Source of the DNA: Candidatus Bathyarchaeota archaeon
GTDB taxonomy: Archaea; Thermoproteota; Bathyarchaeia; Bathyarchaeales; Bathyarchaeaceae
Direction: 5' to 3'
DNA: 64,000 nucleotides
NCBI GenBank assembly: GCA_963697165.1
Contig: CAVOMX010000018.1
Location: forward strand, 32,001 to 96,000
Part shown: positions 18,935 to 30,486 of the stretch, in pieces
How positions within the stretch are numbered: the stretch's first letter is position 1
How the letters are laid out: every line of letters begins with the position of its first letter
Notes under the pieces: model-generated
Database searches by the model: none
What the model saw: only the letters and a program-made list of their open reading frames with translations
What the model was told of the DNA's origin: nothing
Program-made: the position numbers and the translations under genes

Positions 18935-21280
18935 TTGGCTAAGAAAGGTTTAGTTGTTAAAGCAAAAGAACTGAAAACAGATGTTGCTATAGTAAAGGAT
19001 CTTGAAGTGTCCATCGGCAAAATTGTTGATGACACTTGGGAAGAGCCTATGGGTCCAACCCCTTTCCCTTCAATGACTGATTTGAGAGATTGGGACTTCA
19101 AACTTCTGCAACGCTACAAACCCTTTTATCTACCCTTCTGTGATGTCTGCTGTTTATGCACTTTCGGAAAATGTGACCTGTCAGGAGACAAACGAGGGGC
19201 CTGTGGATTAAACATGGCTGCTCAGCAGTCAAGGATCGTTCTCCTTGCATGCTGTATCGGAGCCGCCACACACATTGCACATGGTAGACATTTAATTGAA
19301 CACTTGATAGAAAAATATGGACGCGACATTTCCCTTGACCAAGGAGGCTTAAACATAGACGTAGAAGCTCCTGTCACTCGTCTAGTCTGTGGAATTAAAC
19401 CTGAAACGCTCAAGGATTTGGAGGAAGCCTTAGACTGGTGTGAAGAACAAGTTACAAATTGTCTTTCTGCAACTCACACAGGGCAAGAAGGAAACAACAT
19501 AGACTTTGAGTCAAAAGCTTTCCATGTTGGAATGGCAGACCAAGTTGGAATGGAAGTAGCTGATATAGCCCAGATTTCGGTTCTCGGTTTTCCAAAAGCT
19601 GACCCTGAAGCTCCACTTGTAGAATTGGGCTTTGGAGTAGCAGATGTCAAGAAACCAACAATTCTTGTAATTGGTCACAACGTTCCATCAAGCGTTGGAA
19701 TAATTGATTACCTGACCAAAAAGAAGCTAATGGATAAAGTCGAAGTTGTAGGAATCTGTTGCACTGCCCACGACCTAACTCGATACAGTCCTTCTGCTAA
19801 GGTTGTTGGTCCAATTTCTTGGCAACTAAAATACATCAGAAGCGGACTAGCTGACCTGATTGTCGTTGACGAACAATGTATCAGAGCAGATGCTCTGGAA
19901 GAAGCACAAAAAGTCAAAACTCCAGTAATCGCATCAAGCCCCAAAAACTGTTTGGGTCTCCAAAATAGGACCAACGACCCAGCGAAAGAACTTGTAGCCG
20001 ATTTAGTGGAAGGCAAAGTTCCTGGTGTGCTCATTTTAGATCCTGACAAGGCTGGAGAAGTTGCTGTTGAAGCTGTTATGGCTGTTGCACCGAAAAGAAA
20101 CAAGTTCAGTATAATTCCTGATATCGAAACGATAAAAGCTGCAGGTGAAGCATGCAGCGAATGTAATGAATGTATACGCGCATGTCCAAACAATCAACCA
20201 ATTCCTGAAGCAATGAAAGCCGCAGCTCAAGGCAACCTTGATCCATTTGCTGAAATTCTCGATAACTGTGTAGGATGTGCCCGATGTGACAGTGCATGCC
20301 CCAACGATTTCCCACTCCACAGCTTCATGGTGAAGGCCGGAGAGAAAAAGTTGTGGGAAGAAAAGTTCATGATGCGATCTGGACGCGGTGCCATACAAGA
20401 TATTGAAATCCGAAACGTTGGAGGTCCTATAGTTCTCGGAGAGATTCCAGGAGTCATAGCCATAGTGGGATGTTCCAACTATCCTGAAGGTGGCAAAGCA
20501 GTGGCCGAAATCGCTGAAGAATTCGCGAAACGCAGATTCATAGTTGTCCTCTCTGGTTGTGCAGCCATGTCTGTTGCGATGGTAAAAGATGAAGAAGGAA
20601 AATCTCTATACGAGAAATACCCTGGTGGCTTCGAAGCTGGAGGTATCCTGAACGTTGGTTCTTGTGTCTCTAACTCTCACATAGCCGGTGCAGCAATCAA
20701 AATCGCAAGCATCTTCGCAAAACGTAACCTACGCGGTAACTACGAAGAAATCGCTGATTATATCCACAACCGTGTTGGAGCTGTTGGACTTGCTTGGGGT
20801 GCTTACTCCCAAAAAGCAGCTGCAATAGCTTCCGGTTTCTGGAGACTTGGAGTTCCCGTAGTGGTTGGTCCACATGGATCCAAGTATAGGCGTATGCTTC
20901 TTGGAAGAGCAGATAACAAGGAAGATTGGTATGTTTATGATGCCCGAACAGGCGACAAAGTTTACGTTGGTCCTGCTCCTGAGCATCTGTTTACAACTGC
21001 AGAGTCCAAGGAAGAAGTTATGGTGATGATGATTAAGCTCTGTATGAGACCAAACGACACCACTAAAGGTCGCAGTATGAAGTTGACTCACTATATTGAC
21101 CTGCACAAACGCTACTATGGTGTTATGCCTGATGACATACACCTGTTTATCCGAAACAAGATGGACATACCCATCACCATGAAAACTGAAATCCTCAAAA
21201 TCCTCGAAGAAAAGGATTGGAAGGAAACAAGAATTCCAGACCCGACTTTACTTAAGAGAATGGTTAGAAAGAGAGGTTGA
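18935..21280 (+). CDS. cdhA: CODH/ACS alpha subunit, copy 2
   Basis: 781 aa, colinear with copy 1 at a constant 17600-bp offset; same cluster ligands. Confidence 0.97.
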   Translation: MAKKGLVVKAKELKTDVAIVKDLEVSIGKIVDDTWEEPMGPTPFPSMTDLRDWDFKLLQRYKPFYLPFCDVCCLCTFGKCDLSGDKRGACGLNMAAQQSRIVLLACCIGAATHIAHGRHLIEHLIEKYGRDISLDQGGLNIDVEAPVTRLVCGIKPETLKDLEEALDWCEEQVTNCLSATHTGQEGNNIDFESKAFHVGMADQVGMEVADIAQISVLGFPKADPEAPLVELGFGVADVKKPTILVIGHNVPSSVGIIDYLTKKKLMDKVEVVGICCTAHDLTRYSPSAKVVGPISWQLKYIRSGLADLIVVDEQCIRADALEEAQKVKTPVIASSPKNCLGLQNRTNDPAKELVADLVEGKVPGVLILDPDKAGEVAVEAVMAVAPKRNKFSIIPDIETIKAAGEACSECNECIRACPNNQPIPEAMKAAAQGNLDPFAEILDNCVGCARCDSACPNDFPLHSFMVKAGEKKLWEEKFMMRSGRGAIQDIEIRNVGGPIVLGEIPGVIAIVGCSNYPEGGKAVAEIAEEFAKRRFIVVLSGCAAMSVAMVKDEEGKSLYEKYPGGFEAGGILNVGSCVSNSHIAGAAIKIASIFAKRNLRGNYEEIADYIHNRVGAVGLAWGAYSQKAAAIASGFWRLGVPVVVGPHGSKYRRMLLGRADNKEDWYVYDARTGDKVYVGPAPEHLFTTAESKEEVMVMMIKLCMRPNDTTKGRSMKLTHYIDLHKRYYGVMPDDIHLFIRNKMDIPITMKTEILKILEEKDWKETRIPDPTLLKRMVRKRG

Positions 21281-21285
21281 TAAAA

Positions 21286-21832
21286 ATGAGTGCAAAAGCA
21301 GAACCTTGGCAAACAGCAGAGATTGCAGGACCCCAGAAGGCCCTGGTCATCACCAAACCTGAAATAGCTGCGGCAATGATAAAACGGGCAAAACGCCCAA
21401 TCCTCATTGTCGGATACTTGGCCACAAAAACTGACAAAGACACAGGCAAAATGATAGACTACGCCATCCGCCTAAACAAAGCAACTGGTATCCCAGTTGT
21501 CGCAACCGCACATACAATAAAGGAATTTGTGAAACAAGGATTTGAGCAAGCAACACAGATGAACGCCATGGATATCGGCAACCGACTAAAAGACCCAACA
21601 TGGATTGGCTTAGACGGAAAAGGTCCATATGATGTCGCACTGTTCATGGGACTTCCATATTATATGGAGTTCGTGATCTTGTCTGGACTAAAACACTTTT
21701 CCACAAATCTTAAGACCATTAGCTTGGACAGGTACTATAACCCCCATGCAAGTTGGTCTTTCCCAAACCTCAAAGTTGAGGAATGGAATCAAAGTTTTGA
21801 GACAATAATAAACAACTTTAGGAGGAAATTAA
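21286..21832 (+). CDS. cdhB: CODH/ACS epsilon subunit, copy 2 (probable indel near 21818 lengthens the ORF)
   Basis: Near-identical to 3686-4231; removing one base gives ...NLGGN* just before cdhC. Confidence 0.92.
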
Positions 21833-21836
21833 AAAA

Positions 21837-23223
21837 ATGTCAATGTTTGATGACATCCCAGTGGATGTTGGAGTAATCTATGAAGGAGAAAGAATCCGAA
21901 AAGACAACATGCAAGTAGAACTAGGAGGACCAAAACAGCCAGCAAAGTTCGAGCTAGTGCGCGCAAAGAAAATGGATGAAGTCGAAGACGAAAAAGTAAC
22001 AGTCATTGGTCCTGATCTCAAAGATTTGCCAGAAGGCGGCAATGTTCCCTTCGGTATTTACATAGAAGTTGCCGGCAAAGACATCGAAGAGGACCTTGAG
22101 GGTGTAACAGAGCGCCGAATCCACGAATACCTTAACTTCATCGAAGGAATCATGCACCTAAACCAGCGCTACGACATCTGGATACGCGTAAGCAAAAAAT
22201 CGTTCCAGAAAGGATTGACCTCTTTCACTCACGTTGGAAAAGTTTTGGCAAGACTCTACAAGAGCGAATTGCCCTTCATCGAAAAAATTCAAATCACCTT
22301 CATAACTGACCCTGCAAAAGTTCAGGAAATGTATGATCAAGCAATGGGAATTTATGAAGCCAGAGACGCAAAAGCCAGAGGAATGAAAGACGAAGAAGTT
22401 GATACATTCTACGGATGCACTTTGTGCCAATCCTTCGCGCCAACACACATGTGCGTAATTACTCCTCAACGATACTCTAACTGTGGCTCAATCAGCTGGT
22501 TCGACGGCAGAGCCTCTGCACAGGTCGACCCGAAAGGTCCAGTTTTCGCTATAGCAAAAGGAGAAATGCTTGACGCAGAAAAAGGAGAATTCTCTGGAAT
22601 CAACGAATCAATCAAACAGAAGACTTTGGGTTCAGTTGACAAAGTATGGATGTATACTGGTTTCGGTTATCCACACACTTCATGCGGTTGTTTCGAAGCA
22701 ATGGCATTCTACATCCCAGAAGTAGAAGGTTACGGAATAGTTGACCGAGGATTCAAAGGCGTAACCGTAAACGGACTAGCCTTCTCAACACTAGCAGACT
22801 CTGGCGCTGGAGGTAGACAAGTAGACGGCTTCCATGGTATCGCAATCGAATACATGAGATCACCCAAGTTCCTGCAAGCCGACGGCGGATGGGACCGCGT
22901 AGTCTGGATGCCACAAAGCATTAAGGACCGTGTCAAAGAATTCATGCCCAAAGAAGCTGTTGACAACGTAGCAACAGAAAACGACGCAAAGACAGTTGAC
23001 GAACTAAAGACTTTCCTAAAAGAAAAGAATCACCCTGTTGTCCAAAGATGGAAAGAAGCTACAGCTGAAGAAGCACGCAGCTGAAGGCGAAGAAGCCCCA
23101 GAAACAACAGTATTTCCAGTATCTACAGCAACTGTTTCCACAGGCGGATTCAAGATAATCTTCAAGAACGCCAAAATCCACGCAGAAAAAGTAATCATTA
23201 AACGGGACAAACCAAAAAGGTGA
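21837..23223 (+). CDS. cdhC: Acetyl-CoA synthase beta subunit (frameshift near 23075)
   Basis: FYGCTLCQSFAPTH, CGSISW, PHTSCGCFE, GGWDRVVWMP; tail GGFKIIFKNAKIHAEKVII in the shifted frame. Confidence 0.95.
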
Positions 23224-23229
23224 AAATCC

Positions 23230-24437
23230 ATGCCCGAAAGGGCGGAAAAAAACTCTGACCTCAAACTTCCCCCCGAACTCTTAGACCTCCTTACTGGCAT
23301 CGACGAGCTTGAGCTCGAAGATGTCGACATGGCAGTAGATGAACTGGAGTTCGTGTATCAGCCAGGAGTTATGCCTGCTATCCAAAGAATGGTTGCGGCA
23401 TCAAAAGGTAAGCCAACATCACTTTTGGATGCTCCATTCACTCTTCCTATACAGAAGTATCCAGGGCAAATCGTCGAAGTCACGCTTGGAGCCACAAAGA
23501 GCCAAGGTGGAAGCCGAGGAAAATCAATTATTATTGGCGGAGAAAAGTCTCCAGCCTTCTACACTTTTGAGAATCCTACACTCAACGCGCCAGTAATCTC
23601 TCTTGATGTTTTCGACTCCAAAGTGCCCATACCAAAAGCTGTGAAAACCAACTTCAACGATGCAATGGAAGACCCTGTATCTTGGGCAAAATTTGCAGTT
23701 GACAAGTTTGGAGCACAAATGATTACGCTCCATCTGGTTAGCATTGATCCACTAAACCCAAAGCCTTCAACACCTGCTGAAGCCGCAAAAACTGTTGAAG
23801 ATGTTCTTCAGGCAGTTGATGTGCCACTTGTTGTAGGCGGATGTGGTGACCCACAGAAAGACTTGGCAGTCTTTGAAAAGGTAACTGCGGCAGCTGAGGG
23901 AGAACGACTTCTCATAAGCACAGTTACTTTGGACATGGACATAGAAAAGTCAGCTAAACTAATCAAGAAGTATGGTCACGTTGCTTTGGCTTTCTCTCCA
24001 ATGGACCTGAACCAAGCAAGAGAACTAAACAGGCGTCTTCTTGAATATCTGCCCAAAGAGCAAATAATAATGGATACAACAACAGCGGCGCTAGGCTACG
24101 GACTTGATTACGCATACACTATCATGGAACGTGCAAGACTCGCAGGTTTGATGGGAGACCCTGAACTTCAGCAACCCATGTCGTCTGGAACAACCAACGC
24201 TTGGGCAGCAAGAGAAGCATGGCAAACAATGGATCCAAAATGGGGAGACAAAGGTCTTCGTGGACCTTATGGGAAACTGTGACTGGCTTAACTTTGTTGT
24301 TGGCTGGTGTTGACCTGTTTATGATGTTGCATCCTGCAGCCGTCAAAACTCTCCGGAACACTATCAAAAGATTAACAGAAAAAAGCGGTTCCGCGGATAT
24401 TGCAAAGATCGCTAACTGGGTATCAGCGAATTTTTGA
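23230..24437 (+). CDS. cdhD: Corrinoid Fe-S protein small (delta) subunit (frameshift near 24268)
   Basis: IVEVTLGATKSQGGSR, VEDVLQAVDVPL, TAALGYGLDY, TTNAWAAREAW; continues LWETVTG...LFMMLHP. Confidence 0.94.
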
Positions 24438-24449
24438 GGATGATTTGAC

Positions 24450-25873
24450 ATGTCAGGAAAAGAAACTAAGGGCGGAATAAAGCAACTTAGTCCAATCGAC
24501 GTTTACATGCTTCTTCCTAAAACAAACTGCAAAGAATGTGGAGAAGACAACTGTATGGCTTTTGCCACAAAAGTGGTGAACCGAGAAGTCAGCATAGATC
24601 AGTGTCCTCCGCTTCTGACCAAAGCAAACGAAAAGAATTACAGTAAACTCAAGGAAATGCTCAAGCCAGCCGTTAAAGAGGTGGCTGTTGGCGTTGGCGA
24701 CCGTGCAGTTAATGTTGGCGGAAAGCTGGTTATGTATCGTCACGAGTTCACATACACTAATCCGACCGCTATTGCCATTGACGTTACCGACGAAATGTCT
24801 GACGACGAAGTATTAGCTAGAGTGAAGAAGACCCAAGACTTTACTTACCTTTACATCGGCAACAACCTGCAGCTTCAAATGATTGCGGTTCGTTCAACTT
24901 CAAACGACGCCGAGAAATTCAAAGCAGCAGTTAAGAAGGTTGCAGAAAACACGAATTTGCCAATAATTCTCTGCTCATTTGATGCCAGCTATCCTCGAAG
25001 GCGGTTTGATGGCGATTCCGAAAGCTAGACCTCTATTGTATGCTGCCACCAAGGACAACTGGAAGGAGATGGCGGAATTGGCGTTGATGTATAACTGTCC
25101 GTTAGCTGTTTCTGCGCCAAACGACATTTCTCTTCTCAGATCACTGGTAAAGACTCTGAACGAATACGGCATCGAAGACCTTGTGTTAGACCCCGGAACT
25201 TTCACCAGTGCAGGTTTAGGCGACACAATCAACAACTTCACCATGATCCGCAGAGCAGCATGCAGCATGGGCGACGAACTACTAGGATATCCTCTAATCG
25301 GAACCCCTATTGTAGCTTGGACTGAACCCGCAAACTCTCCGACAGTGAATGCATGGAAAGAAGCTTACGTTGCATCAATGCTTGTAACCCGCTACGCTGA
25401 CATCCTGATTATGCATGGCACAGAAGGCTGGGCACTTCTTCCGTTGACTGTGTTGAGGCAGAACATTTACACTGACCCCAGAAAACCTGTTGCTGTAGAA
25501 GCAGGATTAAGAACCATCGGAACTCCTGACGAAAACTCTCCAGTGCTGATGACATCCAACTTTGCATTAACATACTACACTGTGGCACAAGACATAGAAT
25601 CCGTCTGGTACATCTGCCTATCTCATAGTTGTTGATTCTGAGGGAACAGCCATAGACAGTGGAGTCGCCGGCAGAAAACTGACTGCGGAAACTGTTGCAG
25701 ACGCCATCAAAGAGAGCAAGCTAGAAGAAAAAGTGAAACACCGAAAACTGATAATACCCGGCAAAGCGGCACGCATCAGCGGAGAAATAGAAGAGTCTTT
25801 CCAACTGGGAAGTCTTGTTGGACCACGAGACTCTTCAGGCATACCCAAATTTTTGCAAGAAAAATGGAAGTAG
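24450..25873 (+). CDS. cdhE: Corrinoid Fe-S protein large (gamma) subunit (frameshifts near 24980, 25607, 25800)
   Basis: LPKTNCKECGEDNCMAFA...CPP, RQNIYTDPRKP, NFALTYYTV; the 3' part reads HRKLIIPG...VGPRDSSGIPKFLQEKWK*. Confidence 0.93.
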
Positions 25874-26051
25874 CTTAACCAGCTACTTTTCTCTTTTTGT
25901 TTCTTTTTTGTTGTTTTCTCGTTTGGTTTTGTTGATCATGCTGTAATGTACATGCTTTTTTGGTAATTACCGCCGTTTATGAGGTAATATTTTCCAGAAC
26001 TATTTAAATAACTCCAATAAAAGTCATGATTGGTATAAGGCGGATTTAAAA

Positions 26052-26619
26052 ATGCCTAAGCTTGAAGATTCCATCCGAATCGAAAACGTAGTGTCGTCTG
26101 CCACATTGTTTCAGAGTATAGACCTGAACGCTGTTGTTAAGGGAAACCCCTTAGTTGAGTATCGTCCGGAAAAGTTTCCGGGTTTAGTTTTCAGATTAAA
26201 AAAGCCCAAGACTGCAATTCTAATTTTCAGTACAGGAAAAATGGTTTGCACTGGAGCCAAGTCTGAGAATGAATCAAAAAAAGCTGTTCTGAAAGTTGTA
26301 AGAGAACTGAAAAAAAGCGGAATAATAATAACTGGCAAACCCGAAATCAGAGTGGTTAACATAGTTGCCTCAGCGAATCTTTTGGGACGAATAGAGCTGG
26401 AAGATTGCGCCTACTCTCTAGGAAAGAACCATGTATGAGCCAGAACAGTTTCCGGGTCTCATCTACAGAATGAGTGACCCAAAAGTTGTGATTCTTCTCT
26501 TCGCAAGCGGGAAACTTGTTTGCACTGGAGCCACAAAAGAAGAAGACGTTTACAAAGCGGTTGACAAACTTCACAAAGACCTTGAAGAAAAAGACCTCAT
26601 ATACTACGAAGAAGATTGA
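26052..26619 (+). CDS. tbp: TATA-box binding protein (frameshift near 26428)
   Basis: IENVVSS...[12 protein letters not shown]...[13 protein letters not shown]; second repeat NIVAS...[12 protein letters not shown]...[12 protein letters not shown]. Confidence 0.96.
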
Positions 26620-26907
26620 ACCTGATTATGCATGACCCGTTTGACGTTTCTGTTATCTATCAATGTCTACTTTTTAGTTGGTACCTAAAATCTGAGTATT
26701 CCCTGATTGGAATTACTAGGAAATATACAGCCAATTTATGCGTAATCTACTTTTTTTGATTCTGTAAACACTGCGCATATGCATTCGTTCTTTGATACCT
26801 GTTTAAGTGTACATGTTCCTACTTTGATACCAGCGTTTGGCATCGTGTAAAAGAAAAAAAGAAAATAAAAAAATTGAATTGACAAAAATAGATGTTAGCT
26901 TATGAGC

Positions 26908-27060
26908 TTAATATCTATTTCTTCTCGGGGGTCTTCGTTTAGCGTAACATTCTCGACAATATACAGGTCTGCTTGAATCTGGCTTGAAAGGAACTTGACA
27001 TTTTTGTCCACATTCACCACAGACTGCATCGTGCATTTCGCGTGGTCCACCATATGACAT
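26908..27060 (-). CDS. CxxC-x17-CxxC domain small zinc-ribbon protein
   Basis: Manual translation MSYGGPREMHDAVCGECGQKCQVPFKPDSSRPVYCRECYAKRRPPRRNRY*; GGAGGTG upstream; below the ORF-track cutoff. Confidence 0.9.
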   Translation of the reverse strand: MSYGGPREMHDAVCGECGQKCQVPFKPDSSRPVYCRECYAKRRPPRRNRY

Positions 27061-27427
27061 TCATGATTGCACCTCCTATCTATTCAAGAGAATTAGTTTC
27101 ACAGGGCACTAACTCTAAAAATTCTTACCTTAAAGTTACTTATAAACTTGTGTACAATCAATTAAAATTTCTGCAAGAAAAACGGAAGTATCTCTAGCCT
27201 TTTTTCCTTTTTTCAGAATTAGTTCACATTTTTTAATGGAACACTGTTTCCACATTTTTTACATTTAATCGTAACCTTGCTTATAGACAGTTAGCCTGAA
27301 GGGTGTTAAACGTCCACATTTTTGGCATTTAGACAAACTGTAGTTTTCCCCTGTCTTTTTTGTGAATTGTTTCAACTAACGCCGAAAAAATGTTGTAGTC
27401 TTTTTGATCTGGAATTTCCACAACAAC

Positions 27428-27738
27428 TCACCTCACTAACATTGGGGCTTCAAGTTCTTGTGGTTTCAGAAGGTTTGACATTTCTTTGTAATTTTCGATG
27501 TAATTGTTACCTTTAGCTGTTGTTTCATAGAATTTCTTTCCGTTCTCCACGCGGACTCTGAGGAACCCCATTTCAGTTAGGAAAGAAAGATACTCGTTTA
27601 CTTGGCTAAAACTCAAATTCACCCTATACATGATTCGGGTTTTAAGTTGCTCTTCCTTTTGCAACTTCCATTATTTCCGCTAATATATTGAGCTTGTCTC
27701 TACGTTCCCAAAGTGTTTCAATAGTTATTGCTTTTCAT
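27428..27738 (-). CDS. Archaeal winged-helix regulator (HTH_45-like; frameshifted)
   Basis: RRDKLNILAEIMEVA...LKTRIMYRVNLSFSQVNEYLSFL...YETTAKG. Confidence 0.8.
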
Positions 27739-27951
27739 TATTGTTCCTCGCTACGTTAGTTCAGTATTTTTCTTCTATACATCTGATGCCTAAAATACTG
27801 TGTTTCCTTAAGTAACATATTACGAGAAAAAGAATATAACAAAAGTTAGTTCGCTGCAGGTCACCGCTACCTTGAGGAAAGTTTACTGGAACTATGGTTT
27901 TACTGAAGGCTTAGAGCGATGATTTGACGTTTTTGCGAAAAGTTGAGGTAG

Positions 27952-28511
27952 CTAAATGGTTCCTAGATGTTCAAGGAGTATTCTCAGTCCAATAATTACT
28001 AGAATTATGCCGCCTAATGCTTCAACTCTGTTTCGTAGAATGCTACCCGAATCTGCTGCCAATATAGACGCCAAAAAAGATAGAGTGAATGTTAATAACT
28101 CCTGTTACTATTGCAAGCGTTATGATCGAAATGTTCAGGACATAAAGGCTGAGTCCAACGGCTAAAGCGTCAATGCTGGTGGCGATAGATAATATCAGTA
28201 ATACTTTGATGCTGAGTGAGCTGATGATGCTGTTTGATTCCTTTTTGATGGACTCGTAAATCATTCTGGAACCAATAACTGCTAGATAGAATAAATGCTA
28301 TCCAATGGTCAACCTCTGAAATCAAATCTAGAATATGTGCGCCAGCGTACCATCCAATTATGGGCATTATCGCCTGAAAGAATCCAAAAAAGGCCGCTAT
28401 CTTAATTGCTTTTGCGTTTTTGATTTTTTTAGTTGCCAACCCATTTGCTATTGCCACTGAAAAAGAATCCATTGCCAATGCTACAGCAATCAGTAGTGTT
28501 GTTATGTCCAT
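27952..28511 (-). CDS. mntP: Manganese efflux pump MntP family (frameshifts)
   Basis: IAVALAMDSFSVAIANG...FGFFQAIMP...DHWIAF; second repeat ATSIDALAVG. Confidence 0.9.
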
Positions 28512-28707
28512 TGATCTTCACTTTTGAAAGATGTAACCTTTGAATAATGTTGCACCTAAAAATATTTCTGACCTATATTAAACTGTTAAACAAATAATCT
28601 AGCCATTTTCCTGGCAACCACAAAATTCGAGACAAATAACAGGTATTGTGAGCTATAAATAACAGAACAGAATTCTTTTCTATCACATTAGCGAAGAAAA
28701 TTTTGTT

Positions 28708-29250
28708 CTAGACAACATATCTGTATGCTACGTATCTTCCTGCGGTCTTGCTGTTTCTGATGACCCTAACTAGGTCGCCAGGGTTGCCACCAACAGCTAT
28801 GATGGCTGGGTCGGAAGCGTTGATGCGAGGCAACTGATAAGCTTGCACTTTGTATTCTTCCAGAAATTTTTCTTTCTCATCAGGTGCGAGAAGTTCATGT
28901 TTTGACACGAAATCATGGTCGAAAATTTGGAATGATGGAAAGATTTTGGGAATCAATTCTATTCCGCTTTGTTTAGCGCGGCTCTTAGCTGTGTGAGTGT
29001 ACTTTCCAATGGTGACAACTATTCCTTTTTCAACTTTGTCGTCGTCCATTGCTTTTTTCAGTTGGGTAATATATGCAACTCCCACTGTTCCGTCGGTGGT
29101 AACTGCCCAGAGAATCGCCTTTTCTTTTTCCTTCATTTTGATGTTGTAGCTGATGGCGTTCTTTATCTCTTCTCTACTCGTTACCTTGTAACCACGAAGT
29201 TTTATGAGGACTTTGGTTTTCTTCTCTACCAGTGTTTCTTCAGAACTCAA
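28708..29250 (-). CDS. rpoH: RNA polymerase subunit Rpo5 (RpoH) with N-terminal restriction-endonuclease-like domain
   Basis: C-terminal HDFVSKHELL...QLPRINASDPA...GDLVRVIRNSKTAG...YRYVV, preceded by ~105 aa of extra N-terminal domain. Confidence 0.92.
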   Translation of the reverse strand: MSSEETLVEKKTKVLIKLRGYKVTSREEIKNAISYNIKMKEKEKAILWAVTTDGTVGVAYITQLKKAMDDDKVEKGIVVTIGKYTHTAKSRAKQSGIELIPKIFPSFQIFDHDFVSKHELLAPDEKEKFLEEYKVQAYQLPRINASDPAIIAVGGNPGDLVRVIRNSKTAGRYVAYRYVV

Positions 29251-29332
29251 CTATTCATTCCTCAATCTAGACAAGTATTCAGAGGGAAAACCGTCTGCAA
29301 ACCCTTAAACTTTACGCTAATTTTTACCCTTT

Positions 29333-29560
29333 TTATTGCTCGGTAACTGTGATAATGGATACCGGACAGGAATCTTCTGCATCTCTGGCGTTTTCAATTT
29401 CATCATCATCGAAGACTCCAGAGGATCCAGAAGCGTCAGTTTCTCCACCTATCACTGTTGACTTTCCTTCATCGTCTGGTTCAAAATGAGACGGATCAAT
29501 TGTATAGCATGTACCACATGCGATACATCCCCCACGTTCGATTTCAATTTTATACTTCAT
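29333..29560 (-). CDS. Monocluster ferredoxin
   Basis: CIACGTC...SCPVSII; acidic, 75 aa. Confidence 0.92.
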   Translation of the reverse strand: MKYKIEIERGGCIACGTCYTIDPSHFEPDDEGKSTVIGGETDASGSSGVFDDDEIENARDAEDSCPVSIITVTEQ

Positions 29561-29734
29561 TTAGAGTAACCACCTAACGTTAGTAAAGGTTGACGCTTAG
29601 GCAATTAAATTTTTGCTGTCTAACCAAAATCTCTATTCAGAAAGTATAAAGAGACTATACTTGTTTAGATAAACCATACGAAACCATTAATTAGATAAAC
29701 TTGTCCCTACAGTTTCTTAAAGTTGGGTTAAATC

Positions 29735-30473
29735 ATGAAAACTATCAATGTTGCGATGATAGGAGTTAGCGCTGCACTTTACGCTATTGTTGGTGTCTTA
29801 ACAAACATGGGCATCGCGAGCTCCGGCTGTTGGAGTAGTCAAATTTTGGCCAGCAGTTATAGTTCCAGGAATTTTTGCTGTGCTTTTTGGTCCTTGGGTT
29901 GGAGGAATAGGCGCGGCTATAGGAATCTTCGTCAGTGACATGGTTCAGCCTGGACACCAAATTCCTCTGTTAAGCCTAACTGTTGGTAGCACCTCAAACT
30001 TTGCGGGCTTCTATCTTGTTGGCTTGATTTCACGAATGAAACTGAAGTGGCGTGACATACTTGTTCTCTTAACTATCGGAAGTGTAGCATTAACCGGAAT
30101 GATTGGTTACTTGTTCTCCATCAATCAGTTAACCTTTGAAGTTTTACTCATGTTTTTAGGCATCGTCATTGCTTCCGATGCAATAGTAATCGCATTTGGG
30201 TTATGGAAACCTGAATGGAAAAACTATGGCTTCGCATCTGTTATCGGACTTCTTGCGGGAAGTACAATCATCGGTTTCGGTCTTTGGGCATACAGCCAAT
30301 TTCTCGTATTACCTTTAACAATATTCAAAGGTAACGCACCACTGTATGCGAGTTTCTCTTGGCTTGTTTGGACTTTCGCCACAGAAATTCCGTTCCTAGT
30401 AATCATTGTGCCACCTGTTGTAAAAATCTGCTACAGAGCCTTTCCTTTCCTAGCGCCTCCCAATAAAAAATAA
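29735..30473 (+). CDS. ECF transporter S component (frameshift near 29822)
   Basis: Hydrophobic; (FWPAV..P..FA)VLFGPWVGGIGAAIGIFVSD pattern; first gene of a CoA operon. Confidence 0.75.
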
Positions 30474-30486
30474 GAGGCCAACTTGG

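Noticed and set aside
21277..21876. C-terminally extended CdhB copy 2 (199 aa)
   Set aside because: One extra T near 21818 explains it; correction restores a stop matching copy 1 just before cdhC.
26052..26619. Programmed frameshifting or pseudogene status of tbp and other split core genes
   Set aside because: Indels are scattered over unrelated essential genes without consistent slippery-site signals; sequencing error is simpler.
28512..28700. yybP-ykoY Mn riboswitch upstream of mntP
   Set aside because: AT-rich, with no recognisable conserved core or stems.
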